IMG/VR virus record: IMGVR_UViG_3300003323_001187
Reading direction: 5' to 3' (one strand)
Source of the DNA: a virus
Length of the DNA: 64,000 bases
The translations under genes and the position numbers were made by a program. The notes beneath the pieces are model-generated. The model worked only from the letters and a program-made list of their open reading frames with translations. It was not told where the DNA came from and made no database searches. Shown piece after piece: positions 52,679 through 61,243 of this stretch (position 1 is its first letter; every line of letters begins with the position of its first letter).

Positions 52679-53875
52679 ATGGGAGCGTCATTCAAATTTC
52701 CTTCGGATGGTGGAGGTGTTGCATTTACGGATATCACCTATTCCGACGCTGTAAGTGCTGCAAACAGCAATTCGTTGCTCCATGGATCTTGGTATCGTAT
52801 AATCGATCGCCCTTCATTTTCTGCACGACCTGCAGCCGTAGACAATGGCATAATCCTTCAAGCTACTTCTGAAGGGACCTTATCAAAGTCGGGCATCCGA
52901 AGGATGCTTGTGCCATATGATTACAGTATAAAAACCGGGCAGTCTGGAGTAGCCCAGGTTGGCATGGAGGTGCTTGCAAATGACACTGTTATTTGGGGCG
53001 GAATGTTCTGGATCAATGATTCTGGATCCACACAGACTGTGGCGATTGATGATGACATTACCATTTCGGCTGGCTTCACGCTCATCCATAAGGTCGGGGA
53101 TCCGTTTTCCAGCATCGCCTATGTTGAGAAAGAATTTGAAGTTGTATACGACTTCGAGAATGACTGGGTTGAGCAACAAAGAGATGGATCTGGAAATGTA
53201 GTCGGAATGGATTTCTTTTCCTGGCAGGAAATAGTGGGTTATTCTTACAATCCATGTGATTGTGCAGATTGGAATTATGCCACATCCGGAAGACTGTTCT
53301 TTAATAACAAGGCGACAACGTTGATGAACAACGCCTCTGGGTCCATCTACAACAATAGCTTTAGTCTTGATCTGAAAGGAAATGCCTTCAAAGATGGAAT
53401 ATTCGAGAATACGGGGGTGAGCCTGGCCAACAATGTGTGTTCTGGAATCTGCTTTCAGAACAAGGACCTCGAATCCGTAGTAGGTATACCCTCAAGCGTA
53501 GTCAACTTCACATTCCATACACCAACTACTTTTTCGTTCGACCTGAACTTTACATCGAATCCATTGATGGTAGGTGTTCCTCAATTCTGGGAATGTTTAC
53601 CAAAGCAATACACTTCAATTGTTCACATTGTGGCGATTTCATCATCACCTATCAACGGAGGATCTCTGTCTATTGGCGTAGAGGTTGACGATCCCCATTT
53701 CCTTGGAGGAAATTCAGGTGAACCGGTATCGTCATACAATGATTCTACTGGTTTTGCAACAAGCATAGGTGTATCGGCTGCAACCACAGCACAAAACAGA
53801 AGAATGAGGATCGAATCATTTGGATCAAACATAACGACCGGCGTACTCAGGGTATTTGTAAACCACACACGATAA
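52679..53875 (+). CDS. tail-associated protein, possible beta-helix
   Basis: 398 aa; Asn/Gly-rich repetitive stretch NNKATTLMNNASGSIYNNSFSLDLKGNAF. Confidence 0.6.
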   Translation: MGASFKFPSDGGGVAFTDITYSDAVSAANSNSLLHGSWYRIIDRPSFSARPAAVDNGIILQATSEGTLSKSGIRRMLVPYDYSIKTGQSGVAQVGMEVLANDTVIWGGMFWINDSGSTQTVAIDDDITISAGFTLIHKVGDPFSSIAYVEKEFEVVYDFENDWVEQQRDGSGNVVGMDFFSWQEIVGYSYNPCDCADWNYATSGRLFFNNKATTLMNNASGSIYNNSFSLDLKGNAFKDGIFENTGVSLANNVCSGICFQNKDLESVVGIPSSVVNFTFHTPTTFSFDLNFTSNPLMVGVPQFWECLPKQYTSIVHIVAISSSPINGGSLSIGVEVDDPHFLGGNSGEPVSSYNDSTGFATSIGVSAATTAQNRRMRIESFGSNITTGVLRVFVNHTR

Positions 53876-53880
53876 AATCA

Positions 53881-55704
53881 ATGAAAAAACTATTCACTCT
53901 ATTCGCTCTCTTAATTTCTTTCAATTCATTCTCACAGGTACCAGTAAACCTTGCAGGTATTCAGCAATATGGATGGGTTCGCCTTGGCCTTGTTGTTGAC
54001 TCTATGATCGTTTTACCTTACAGGGACACGATCTACACATCTTCTGATTATCCAGCCATGCGGAAGATTGGCCGAATGGTCATGCGTCCGCAGGACAAGA
54101 GGCTTTATCTCTGGAATGGAATGAGGTGGATACCTGTAAACACGTTTACTTCGGCCCAGGAAACAAAGCTCAACAGTATACAGTCCGGAGCGACAGCCAA
54201 CCAAAGCGATGCTTACTTACTTGACCGGGGCCATCATACTGGCACACAACCGGCATCGACCGTTACCGGTCTGTCTCAGGTGGCCACTACAGGCAATTAT
54301 TATGATCTATCAGGGCTGCCTGTAATGTCAAATTACATCAGCTATTCGGATACAGGAAACGTCGCTCATGTTGCTACGTCATACCAGGTTTTTCAGATTG
54401 CAGACAGTCTTTATGACATGATACTTGACAGGGTAAAAGTGGAGGTAGATCCTACTGTTCCTGATTATTCCAAGGGATTGACGAGTTTTGCTGTGATAAA
54501 AATGAGCACTGATCCATTGTATAAGCCGATCGGTTATGCTCCTTCAAACTCAGAAGTGATCGCTGCCCTCGGAGGCACTCCATTGTTCTCAGAAGTGGAC
54601 GGTTCTACAACAAATGAGATCGAGCTTCCAACGCAATCTGGAAATACGGGTAAGTTTCTGCAAACAAATGGATCTTCAGCATCCTGGCAGACAGCTTTAA
54701 CATCTGAGGTTGATGGATCCACAACGAATGAAATTCAGAGTTTATCCGGTTCCGGTAACCAAATTAATCTTTCTGGCGGCGGGGGATCATACACAATACC
54801 AAACCAGCCTTATTCATCATTGACTGGAGTTCCGGCTACATTTCCACCATCGGCTCATACGCACCCTATTTCAGGGGTAACAGGACTTTCAGACTCACTA
54901 ATAGCACTTCGATTTTCCATCAATACAAAGGAGCCTTCTTTCTCAAAGAATAGCGCTTTTAATAAGAACTTCGGTAGCGCATCCGGGACTGTAGCTGAAG
55001 GGAGCGATTCAAGGATCGTGAATGGACAAACAGCCTTTTCTTGGGGCAACCATGCATCAGCTGGGTATATGCTCCAAACGCAAGGCGTACCCAATTCCAG
55101 AACAATATCGATCAATTTCAATGGTACTGCCGTGACGCAGGACTTATCTGCCAACAGGACATTCACGATAACCGAGGTCGATGGATCTACTACAAATGAA
55201 ATTGAGCTTCCCGCACAGTCCGGCCAGAACGGAAAGTTTTTGACAACAAATGGGTCAACACCATCGTGGTCTGCCGGTCCAGGCCAACCCAATTTAACTG
55301 CAGGCCAAAATACTAAGATCACAGGAACGTACCCAAACCTTACAATATCTGATTCATCAAGCCTCAGAGTGTACAACACATCCGGGAGAATAAATCAATC
55401 GATCTTCAAGATATGGACTGATGTCATTGTACCTACAACCGGCAATGGTTATTCTGTGGACATATCTTCAGCCTCATTTAGCACCATACTTTCTGTTATG
55501 ATCTCTTCCGAGACAAACACTGGATCCACGACTACAATGAGAAACGTGGAGCTTAAATCGTATACGACAACAGCTGCAGTAGTAAATGCAGCAGTGCCGA
55601 ATGCCACTAACGTGTCATTGGTAGGGCTCACCTTGCTTGGTGTGCCTTCATTTTTGGGAAGCGGAACGGGAACTAAATTTCATTTAACAGTAATTGGATA
55701 TTAA
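53881..55704 (+). CDS. tail fibre protein with EVDGSTTNEI repeats and an N-terminal signal-peptide-like segment
   Basis: 607 aa; MKKLFTLFALLISFNSFSQ N-terminus. Three EVDGSTTNEI(E/Q) units, two of them followed by the ...SG..GKFL.TNGS..SW part. Confidence 0.7.
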   Translation: MKKLFTLFALLISFNSFSQVPVNLAGIQQYGWVRLGLVVDSMIVLPYRDTIYTSSDYPAMRKIGRMVMRPQDKRLYLWNGMRWIPVNTFTSAQETKLNSIQSGATANQSDAYLLDRGHHTGTQPASTVTGLSQVATTGNYYDLSGLPVMSNYISYSDTGNVAHVATSYQVFQIADSLYDMILDRVKVEVDPTVPDYSKGLTSFAVIKMSTDPLYKPIGYAPSNSEVIAALGGTPLFSEVDGSTTNEIELPTQSGNTGKFLQTNGSSASWQTALTSEVDGSTTNEIQSLSGSGNQINLSGGGGSYTIPNQPYSSLTGVPATFPPSAHTHPISGVTGLSDSLIALRFSINTKEPSFSKNSAFNKNFGSASGTVAEGSDSRIVNGQTAFSWGNHASAGYMLQTQGVPNSRTISINFNGTAVTQDLSANRTFTITEVDGSTTNEIELPAQSGQNGKFLTTNGSTPSWSAGPGQPNLTAGQNTKITGTYPNLTISDSSSLRVYNTSGRINQSIFKIWTDVIVPTTGNGYSVDISSASFSTILSVMISSETNTGSTTTMRNVELKSYTTTAAVVNAAVPNATNVSLVGLTLLGVPSFLGSGTGTKFHLTVIGY

Positions 55705-55705
55705 A

Positions 55706-55891
55706 ATGGCAAACAATAATGTGATCTACAAAGAAGCAGGATCCGGCGTGGTAAAAACCATTCAGATCGATCCATCGTACGGTGTATCTGCAACCGTTGC
55801 AACGGATCAAACTGAACTTATTTTCACTGTCTCTGGCCCCGCTGGAGAAACGAAAGAGGACACGATCGGCGGTCGTTCCCGCCGTGACTAA
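55706..55891 (+). CDS. hypothetical protein
   Basis: ATG at 55706 (MANNNVIYKE...), 61 aa. Confidence 0.45.
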   Translation: MANNNVIYKEAGSGVVKTIQIDPSYGVSATVATDQTELIFTVSGPAGETKEDTIGGRSRRD

Positions 55892-55897
55892 AACAGT

Positions 55898-56305
55898 ATG
55901 TGTATGAAAAGGATGTTCATTGTTTTTGCGGTATGCGTCCTGATGGGATGGGCATTCCGTCTTTTCTGGGATTTGAATCACTCTTTCAAATGGGTTGTTA
56001 GCGGTGATTTCTTTTGGGGGACAGGATATGCACTCGTTCTTTTTGGATGCGCAATGTATATTGACAGCACGATACAGGTGAAACCAGCCTGGATCAAAAA
56101 AAGGTGGATATACAAGCTTGCAAAGACGTTTACTCAATTCTTTTTGTTCACTTCAATTTCCAACCTGTGTGACGAGTTGTTTTTCAATCCAATGAAGGTC
56201 TCGGCCGGGGAATGGATAATGGCGATACTCATGTGGGTAGCTATACACTACTTCAACACTTACTATGATCGATTGGAAAGAATGGGGGGAAGAAATGATC
56301 GTTAA
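55898..56305 (+). CDS. multi-pass membrane protein (holin-like candidate)
   Basis: 135 aa with about four hydrophobic helices. Confidence 0.5.
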   Translation: MCMKRMFIVFAVCVLMGWAFRLFWDLNHSFKWVVSGDFFWGTGYALVLFGCAMYIDSTIQVKPAWIKKRWIYKLAKTFTQFFLFTSISNLCDELFFNPMKVSAGEWIMAILMWVAIHYFNTYYDRLERMGGRNDR

Positions 56306-56561
56306 GATAGGATGGTTTATCATCGGATGCCTTGGCGCAGTAGTTTCTTTCCTTAAACCCAGAAAGCTGTCTTTTTCTCTGCGCGTGCTTACCATCATGG
56401 CGGGAGGTCTTAATGCCTATTTTATCACCCCGGTGGCGATAGAGGAATTTCATCTGGGATCCTCTGCATCATCGCTTACAGCCTATGTGATAGGGTTCAT
56501 GGGGTATAAATCCGTAGAGCTTGTTGTCGATCAGGTGAAGGCCAGATTCGGTAAAAAATGA
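56295..56561 (+). CDS. membrane protein (holin-like candidate)
   Basis: ATG at 56295 (MIVKIGWFIIGCLGAVV...), 88 aa, three hydrophobic segments, basic C-terminus. Confidence 0.5.
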   Translation: MIVKIGWFIIGCLGAVVSFLKPRKLSFSLRVLTIMAGGLNAYFITPVAIEEFHLGSSASSLTAYVIGFMGYKSVELVVDQVKARFGKK

Positions 56562-56586
56562 TACATTTACCTCAAAATCAAATCAG

Positions 56587-56847
56587 ATGGAAACAATCGT
56601 TTTAAAGGGTGACGTCAAATGGCCTGAGATTTCTGTAGCGGAGAACGGCTTCATGGTCAGCTGGCAAGAAAAAACAAAGAGACCCGGAGCTGGGGATTAC
56701 GATCACTGCGATTCAAATCCCCGAAGTCATATCTTCACTTCAGACCAGGAAGACGAGGCATTCGATTTCTTCGTGAAGCTTAAGAAGATGGAGATGGGGA
56801 TGCCCAACGTTGACAAAGACGCTAAAAAAGAAGAAGCCGAGTACTAA
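56587..56847 (+). CDS. hypothetical protein
   Basis: 86-aa ORF; last gene of the plus-strand block. Confidence 0.5.
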   Translation: METIVLKGDVKWPEISVAENGFMVSWQEKTKRPGAGDYDHCDSNPRSHIFTSDQEDEAFDFFVKLKKMEMGMPNVDKDAKKEEAEY

Positions 56848-56859
56848 TACTCGGCTTTT
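56836..56859. terminator. bidirectional terminator between convergent modules
   Basis: GCCGAGTA-CTAA-TACTCGGC followed by TTTT. Embraces the stop codon of 56587..56847 and lies 11 nt from the stop of 56870..57232. Confidence 0.65.
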
Positions 56860-56869
56860 CCATTTGAAT

Positions 56870-57232
56870 TCAAAAAGCGGGATCGCTATCATCTTCAAAT
56901 CCTGGTTCATCGAAGCCAGAATCCATCGACTGGTTTTTTATTGGAGGGATCTCATCTACTGACGTGGAAGAAATGCTATCAGGCGCTTTAATAGCAGCCG
57001 ATCCAACAGCTTCTTTAGCTGGCACCTCTACCGCAAGGATCATGTTGCACTCCTGCTTTCTTGCCAACTCGATGATTTTCTGGTGAGGGATATTACCGCC
57101 TGTTATTTTCAGGTCGATACGGGCCTGTGTTTTGTCCAAACAGCGGAGTTCGCAGATTCTGTCGAATGCAGCATTCCGGTCATCCGGATCGTTGAAATCG
57201 AACCGGATGGTTTTGATTTTTTGGTCACTCAT
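56870..57232 (-). CDS. hypothetical protein with SSB-tip-like acidic C-terminus
   Basis: 120 aa ending GFEDDSDPAF. Confidence 0.55.
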   Translation of the reverse strand: MSDQKIKTIRFDFNDPDDRNAAFDRICELRCLDKTQARIDLKITGGNIPHQKIIELARKQECNMILAVEVPAKEAVGSAAIKAPDSISSTSVDEIPPIKNQSMDSGFDEPGFEDDSDPAF

Positions 57233-57238
57233 AGCGCA

Positions 57239-57775
57239 TCAGAATGGCAGATCTTCGTCTGTATCCATAATGCTGCCTGGAGACACCGGTGTTGTGGTGC
57301 TTACAGGAGCTTCAGGAGCGATCGTTTTAGCAAGGTCCGGCGGAAGGGATGCTCCACCCAGCGGCTCTGCCTTTTTGTTCACTTTCAGTTCCCAGTCATG
57401 GTAATCGTTGCCACCGGCTTTGAGGGACTTCTTTAAACCGAGCCACTTGACCTGAATGAGCATGCCCGGAGCCACTCCTTCAGCGATCTTTTTGTCGATG
57501 ACACCATTCCCCCAGAAGGAAACGTTTTGGCTTTCCTCTCCTGTGATGTCTGCCGGATCTCCGACCGACACAAGCTTGAGTGTGTGTACCGTTGTTTTGT
57601 TTTTACCGACGTTCTCCTTGCACCCAAGGTAGTATCCTCTGAGCCACGATTTGTCGGAAGGTTGTTTTAGGGTCAGGTTGCCCTTCTCCTTTGAGCCTGT
57701 AGATTTTGGTTCCCAGCTGGCCCCGAATGAGCCTACTTCTTCCCATTCGTCATCATTCTGCATGCTTGCACTCAT
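57239..57775 (-). CDS. single-stranded DNA-binding protein (putative)
   Basis: 178 aa; flexible Pro/Ala/Thr-rich tail ending DTDEDLPF, like the bacterial SSB DDDIPF tip. Located in the replication module. Confidence 0.5.
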   Translation of the reverse strand: MSASMQNDDEWEEVGSFGASWEPKSTGSKEKGNLTLKQPSDKSWLRGYYLGCKENVGKNKTTVHTLKLVSVGDPADITGEESQNVSFWGNGVIDKKIAEGVAPGMLIQVKWLGLKKSLKAGGNDYHDWELKVNKKAEPLGGASLPPDLAKTIAPEAPVSTTTPVSPGSIMDTDEDLPF

Positions 57776-57786
57776 TGTATGTTTAT

Positions 57787-58095
57787 TTATTGATTACTGT
57801 TTCTTTTACCCCCAGGCACAAGCTTGGATGGGTTACCACGGCTTTTACGTGGGTTTCTTGCATAATCGGCGATCACTTCGTTATGAACGGTCGCCATTAT
57901 CTTTTCGAGATCGAGAAGCTTATACCTGACTTTCCTCAGCTTCGACTTGGCTTTCACTGCATCATCCATTGAGTTTGAATGCTCGAGAACGGCTAAATGC
58001 GGGGAAGCTTCTATAAGAGCATCTATGATCATCTTCAGATTTGATGTTGTCTCCCCATAGGGATCATTCAGCAGCACCCTTATTTTTTCACTCAT
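57787..58095 (-). CDS. hypothetical protein
   Basis: 102-aa ORF. Confidence 0.55.
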   Translation of the reverse strand: MSEKIRVLLNDPYGETTSNLKMIIDALIEASPHLAVLEHSNSMDDAVKAKSKLRKVRYKLLDLEKIMATVHNEVIADYARNPRKSRGNPSKLVPGGKRNSNQ

Positions 58096-58451
58096 TTTAT
58101 GATACCTCTTTCTTTAAGTTCTACGGAAACTTCGTCCAAAGGTTTCAGTGCAACGACAACTCTTATGTTGATTCCTATCGATTCGATCATCTTGAGGAAC
58201 TTTTCCTGATCGAAGGTCCGTGTGCACTGAGGGAAAGATGTCCTCACGTAATGGGTATTGAAAGCATTGACGCTTATACCGTGGCGCATGGCAAGGGAGT
58301 TTGGATCGACTCCAAGATCTCTGCATCTCTGAAAGAAAAGCCTCCGTATCTCACCGGATGACACTACAATGTCTGCATAGCTGAACTTTTGCTCATCATA
58401 GAGTTGCTGCGTCTTTTGACTCTTCGTGTTCCAGGTTCCTTTCGCTTTCAT
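58092..58451 (-). CDS. hypothetical protein
   Basis: 119-aa ORF. Confidence 0.55.
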   Translation of the reverse strand: MKAKGTWNTKSQKTQQLYDEQKFSYADIVVSSGEIRRLFFQRCRDLGVDPNSLAMRHGISVNAFNTHYVRTSFPQCTRTFDQEKFLKMIESIGINIRVVVALKPLDEVSVELKERGIIK

Positions 58452-58833
58452 TGTTGCTCGATCTTATTGCATTTACCCGGCCGGAAAACGACTCATATGC
58501 CTCCTGGATCAGGATTGTGCAATGGATCATGTTCCCATAATTATCCCTTCTCTCATCGCCTTCCATGTAAAGAACGGTCACCTCTCCGTCGATCTTGCCC
58601 CATTGCGGTTGCTGATCCTTTTTCCATGGCCGGAAAGACTTGATGTTACTGATCTTTATGACCTCCTTGGCAACCCGGACCACTTTCTTTTTCAGAAGCA
58701 GCGGTGTTCTGCCGTCATCCTCGTATTTGCCCGGAATTTTGATTGGGTTGCCTTTTGTGTCCCGCTGGACCTCTTCACGTTCGTAGATTTTGTCGATTTC
58801 TATGTGGACCATTTCTGAGTTGTCTTTTGGCAA
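58396..58833 (-). CDS. hypothetical protein
   Basis: 145-aa ORF. Confidence 0.55.
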   Translation of the reverse strand: MPKDNSEMVHIEIDKIYEREEVQRDTKGNPIKIPGKYEDDGRTPLLLKKKVVRVAKEVIKISNIKSFRPWKKDQQPQWGKIDGEVTVLYMEGDERRDNYGNMIHCTILIQEAYESFSGRVNAIRSSNNESERNLEHEESKDAATL

Positions 58834-58852
58834 CTAAGATATGCAAAAACTG

Positions 58853-59137
58853 TTAACATCCTTTATTTTTCTTTTTCAGAAAGCTGAGCCTGCTTTCAAT
58901 AAGATCAGGAGTTGGTACCTTGGTCGGCATTCCCTTTTCAGTAAGTAGCTTTGATACCCTCTTTGAAACGCTTGTCAAATGATAATCTCCGCAGTGTCCG
59001 CATTTGTAAACGGCTCTCACCTTCTTATTCGGATTGCTGTTTTTATTCTTGAATAAATTCAGTGCTTTTATTGCATCTTGTTTGGAGGAGTAGCATATCT
59101 TATTGTTGATGCTGCAGGTTGGAGTTGTCGGTTTCAT
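58853..59137 (-). CDS. small zinc-ribbon protein
   Basis: 94 aa; C..NNKIC ... YKCGHCGDYHLTS. Confidence 0.55.
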   Translation of the reverse strand: MKPTTPTCSINNKICYSSKQDAIKALNLFKNKNSNPNKKVRAVYKCGHCGDYHLTSVSKRVSKLLTEKGMPTKVPTPDLIESRLSFLKKKNKGC

Positions 59138-59141
59138 GTCA

Positions 59142-59657
59142 TTATCGTGATCCGTATTTGATTTGAGCGTACTTCGCTATCAGGGCAGCATCGATAAGCC
59201 CATCATGCGGTACTGTACTCCTTGATGATGCAAGGAACGTCTCGCCAGGAAATAGTCTCTTTGCTGCAATCAAAGAAGTCAATTTTGTGTCGTTCTTTTT
59301 CCCGCAAGATTTCTTCTGAATAGGCACGCCCTCCCAGCAAACTTTCTGCCATGTCTTGGGAGGTACTTTTTGGTATGATGCTCCCATTCCAGCAAGTAAG
59401 CCTTCCAGTTGACCCTTGTTTTCTCCGAATGCAAAATTCGAGCCAGCTGAAGAACCAGGGATAGATGAAACGTCTTCGAGACAGACGATATGCGGACCGT
59501 AATCAACGGTGAAGGAACGGATGATGTTGTGAAGTTCGTGTAGGTCCACAATCTTTCCGATTAGGGGTATTTTGTGTAAGAACATGTCACCTCCTTGTAT
59601 GACTGCGAGGCCGCCATTCTTACCTACGTCTATTCCGCAGTAATTAGTTAATTTCAT
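59142..59657 (-). CDS. ruvC: RuvC-like Holliday junction resolvase
   Basis: GIDVGKNGGLAVI, VCLEDV and HDGLIDAALIAKYA correspond to the RuvC catalytic acidic motifs. Confidence 0.7.
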   Translation of the reverse strand: MKLTNYCGIDVGKNGGLAVIQGGDMFLHKIPLIGKIVDLHELHNIIRSFTVDYGPHIVCLEDVSSIPGSSAGSNFAFGENKGQLEGLLAGMGASYQKVPPKTWQKVCWEGVPIQKKSCGKKNDTKLTSLIAAKRLFPGETFLASSRSTVPHDGLIDAALIAKYAQIKYGSR

Positions 59658-59666
59658 ACATTCAAA

Positions 59667-59978
59667 TTAAAGAATAAATTTCGAAGCTTCGATTTCGGAC
59701 ACTTTCTCCTTTAGCTTGATTGAAGGAGTGAATTTAACTACGCATCTCGCTGGAATAAAGCATGGCTTATTCTCAGAAATAATCCTTGCAGGTTTCGGTT
59801 TCCGAACGATAGGGGAGAATGACCCCAAGCCTCTCAGGATTATTTTTTTACCATCGGCAATATTGGATGACATGATATCAATGAATGCATTCAAAGTATT
59901 TGCTGCATCTTCTTTTGACATCCCTGTCTTTTTTGAAAGTTGGTCGACAATGTCGTTTTTAATAAGCTTTTCTTTCAT
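59667..59978 (-). CDS. HU/IHF-family DNA-binding protein
   Basis: 103 aa; LSKKTGMSKEDAANTLNAFIDIM...ILRGLGSFSPIVRKPKPARI...VKFTPSIKLK is the typical HU fold signature. Confidence 0.8.
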   Translation of the reverse strand: MKEKLIKNDIVDQLSKKTGMSKEDAANTLNAFIDIMSSNIADGKKIILRGLGSFSPIVRKPKPARIISENKPCFIPARCVVKFTPSIKLKEKVSEIEASKFIL

Positions 59979-60892
59979 AACAACTTGTTTTGATTACTCT
60001 TACGTTTAGATATCGATTTTGTTCCAAAATTGGAACGAATTCTTTTGTAGGCGCTTTCAACGGTGGTCTTTATTTCACGAAATGAAAGTGAACTGTACCG
60101 TTCATAGATCATAGCCAGTACATCTGAAGGATCAAGTCCATGTTCTCCGCAAAGGCATGAAAGCACGAATATGTAGTTGTTTCGATTACCATGCCGGTAT
60201 GAGCCTGTTTTGGATGCCTTGACCATTTTAACCAGACGTACGAATATTTCCCTGGCATTTGTTTCGCTTTCATAGAAATCGGGGTTTGCCTGCCGGTGTA
60301 TTGTAACGAAGTCATTAAAATCATCCTTTTGCTCAACGATGTGCATGGGAACGAACTGTTCAGCAATCCAGGCTTTGGGATCGTACGATACAAAGCAGAG
60401 CCGGGAAAGGTTCTTGCAGCTTCGATCGATTTTCACATTGTACCGGTTCAAAAAGTATTCCTCGATCTGTACGAAAGCGTGATCGCGATGCATTTCGGCC
60501 GGAGAGTCCACAGCGACGAGTATTTTTATACCCTTGGTAACACCTTCGAAGTAGGCGATCACCCAAGGCTCTTTCTCGATATCTGACTTCAGGACCGGAA
60601 GCTTTCTCTTTGAGATGTCATCAACGTCTACTACAACGACATGGTTATAATGCACACATGCAGCGTCTATGCGCTCTTCGAACACTCCTGAAAATATCAC
60701 TGCAGGTAGATGCTTTTTAACTGCCGCACGAGCATCTTTTTCAGCCTTGGTAGAAAAAGGCATGGATCTGACCTCTTCGACACGATATTTCCATCTACCG
60801 GATTTAATGGCGTTGATGACAGAGAGGAGGCTAACCACATTTGAACAGTCTACATCGTCTGCACCACGGAATATGTTGCATTCATAAGGCAT
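59975..60892 (-). CDS. VirE_N/BT4734-like primase-domain protein
   Basis: 305 aa; KKHLPAVIFSGVFEERI, VVVDVDDI, YFEGVTKGIKILV and DRSCKNLSRLCFVSYDP match the Bacteroidota VirE N-terminal domain pattern. Confidence 0.65.
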   Translation of the reverse strand: MPYECNIFRGADDVDCSNVVSLLSVINAIKSGRWKYRVEEVRSMPFSTKAEKDARAAVKKHLPAVIFSGVFEERIDAACVHYNHVVVVDVDDISKRKLPVLKSDIEKEPWVIAYFEGVTKGIKILVAVDSPAEMHRDHAFVQIEEYFLNRYNVKIDRSCKNLSRLCFVSYDPKAWIAEQFVPMHIVEQKDDFNDFVTIHRQANPDFYESETNAREIFVRLVKMVKASKTGSYRHGNRNNYIFVLSCLCGEHGLDPSDVLAMIYERYSSLSFREIKTTVESAYKRIRSNFGTKSISKRKSNQNKLL

Positions 60893-61082
60893 CCTCTTTT
60901 AATTTTATGCTCACCAAATAATCGTAAAGACCGCTGGCATTGGAGTTGATAATCATTCCATCATCCATTTCAACGAATTGATTTCCTACTATCCGAACCC
61001 TTTTACCATCAGTTCTTTTGACCATGGATAGCATTCCATACTGAAAAAAAAATTCGTGATTTTTATATGTTACACTGATCAT
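60882..61082 (-). CDS. hypothetical protein
   Basis: 66-aa ORF. Confidence 0.45.
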   Translation of the reverse strand: MISVTYKNHEFFFQYGMLSMVKRTDGKRVRIVGNQFVEMDDGMIINSNASGLYDYLVSIKLKEDAL

Positions 61083-61091
61083 TATGCTGAT

Positions 61092-61241
61092 TTATTGAAT
61101 GATTAAACATATTAATGAACCGACAAGTCCTAAAACTCCTGATATGACTCCAAGCAAAAGCGTTAATGGGTGTACCGATTTTGGCGCATCATTAAGTAAC
61201 AAGAGTGAAAGAACTGACAGGATTAGAAATGCTATTTCCAT
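61092..61241 (-). CDS. 49-aa two-helix membrane peptide (below track cutoff)
   Basis: Own translation: MEIAFLILSVLSLLLLNDAPKSVHPLTLLLGVISGVLGLVGSLICLIIQ. Starts 3 nt after the clamp stop. Confidence 0.35.
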   Translation of the reverse strand: MEIAFLILSVLSLLLLNDAPKSVHPLTLLLGVISGVLGLVGSLICLIIQ

Positions 61242-61243
61242 AA

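Noticed and set aside
54855-56137. 174-aa and 154-aa minus-strand ORFs opposite the tail fibre and membrane-protein genes.
   Set aside because: Embedded antisense to genes with repeats or TM helices; no independent support.
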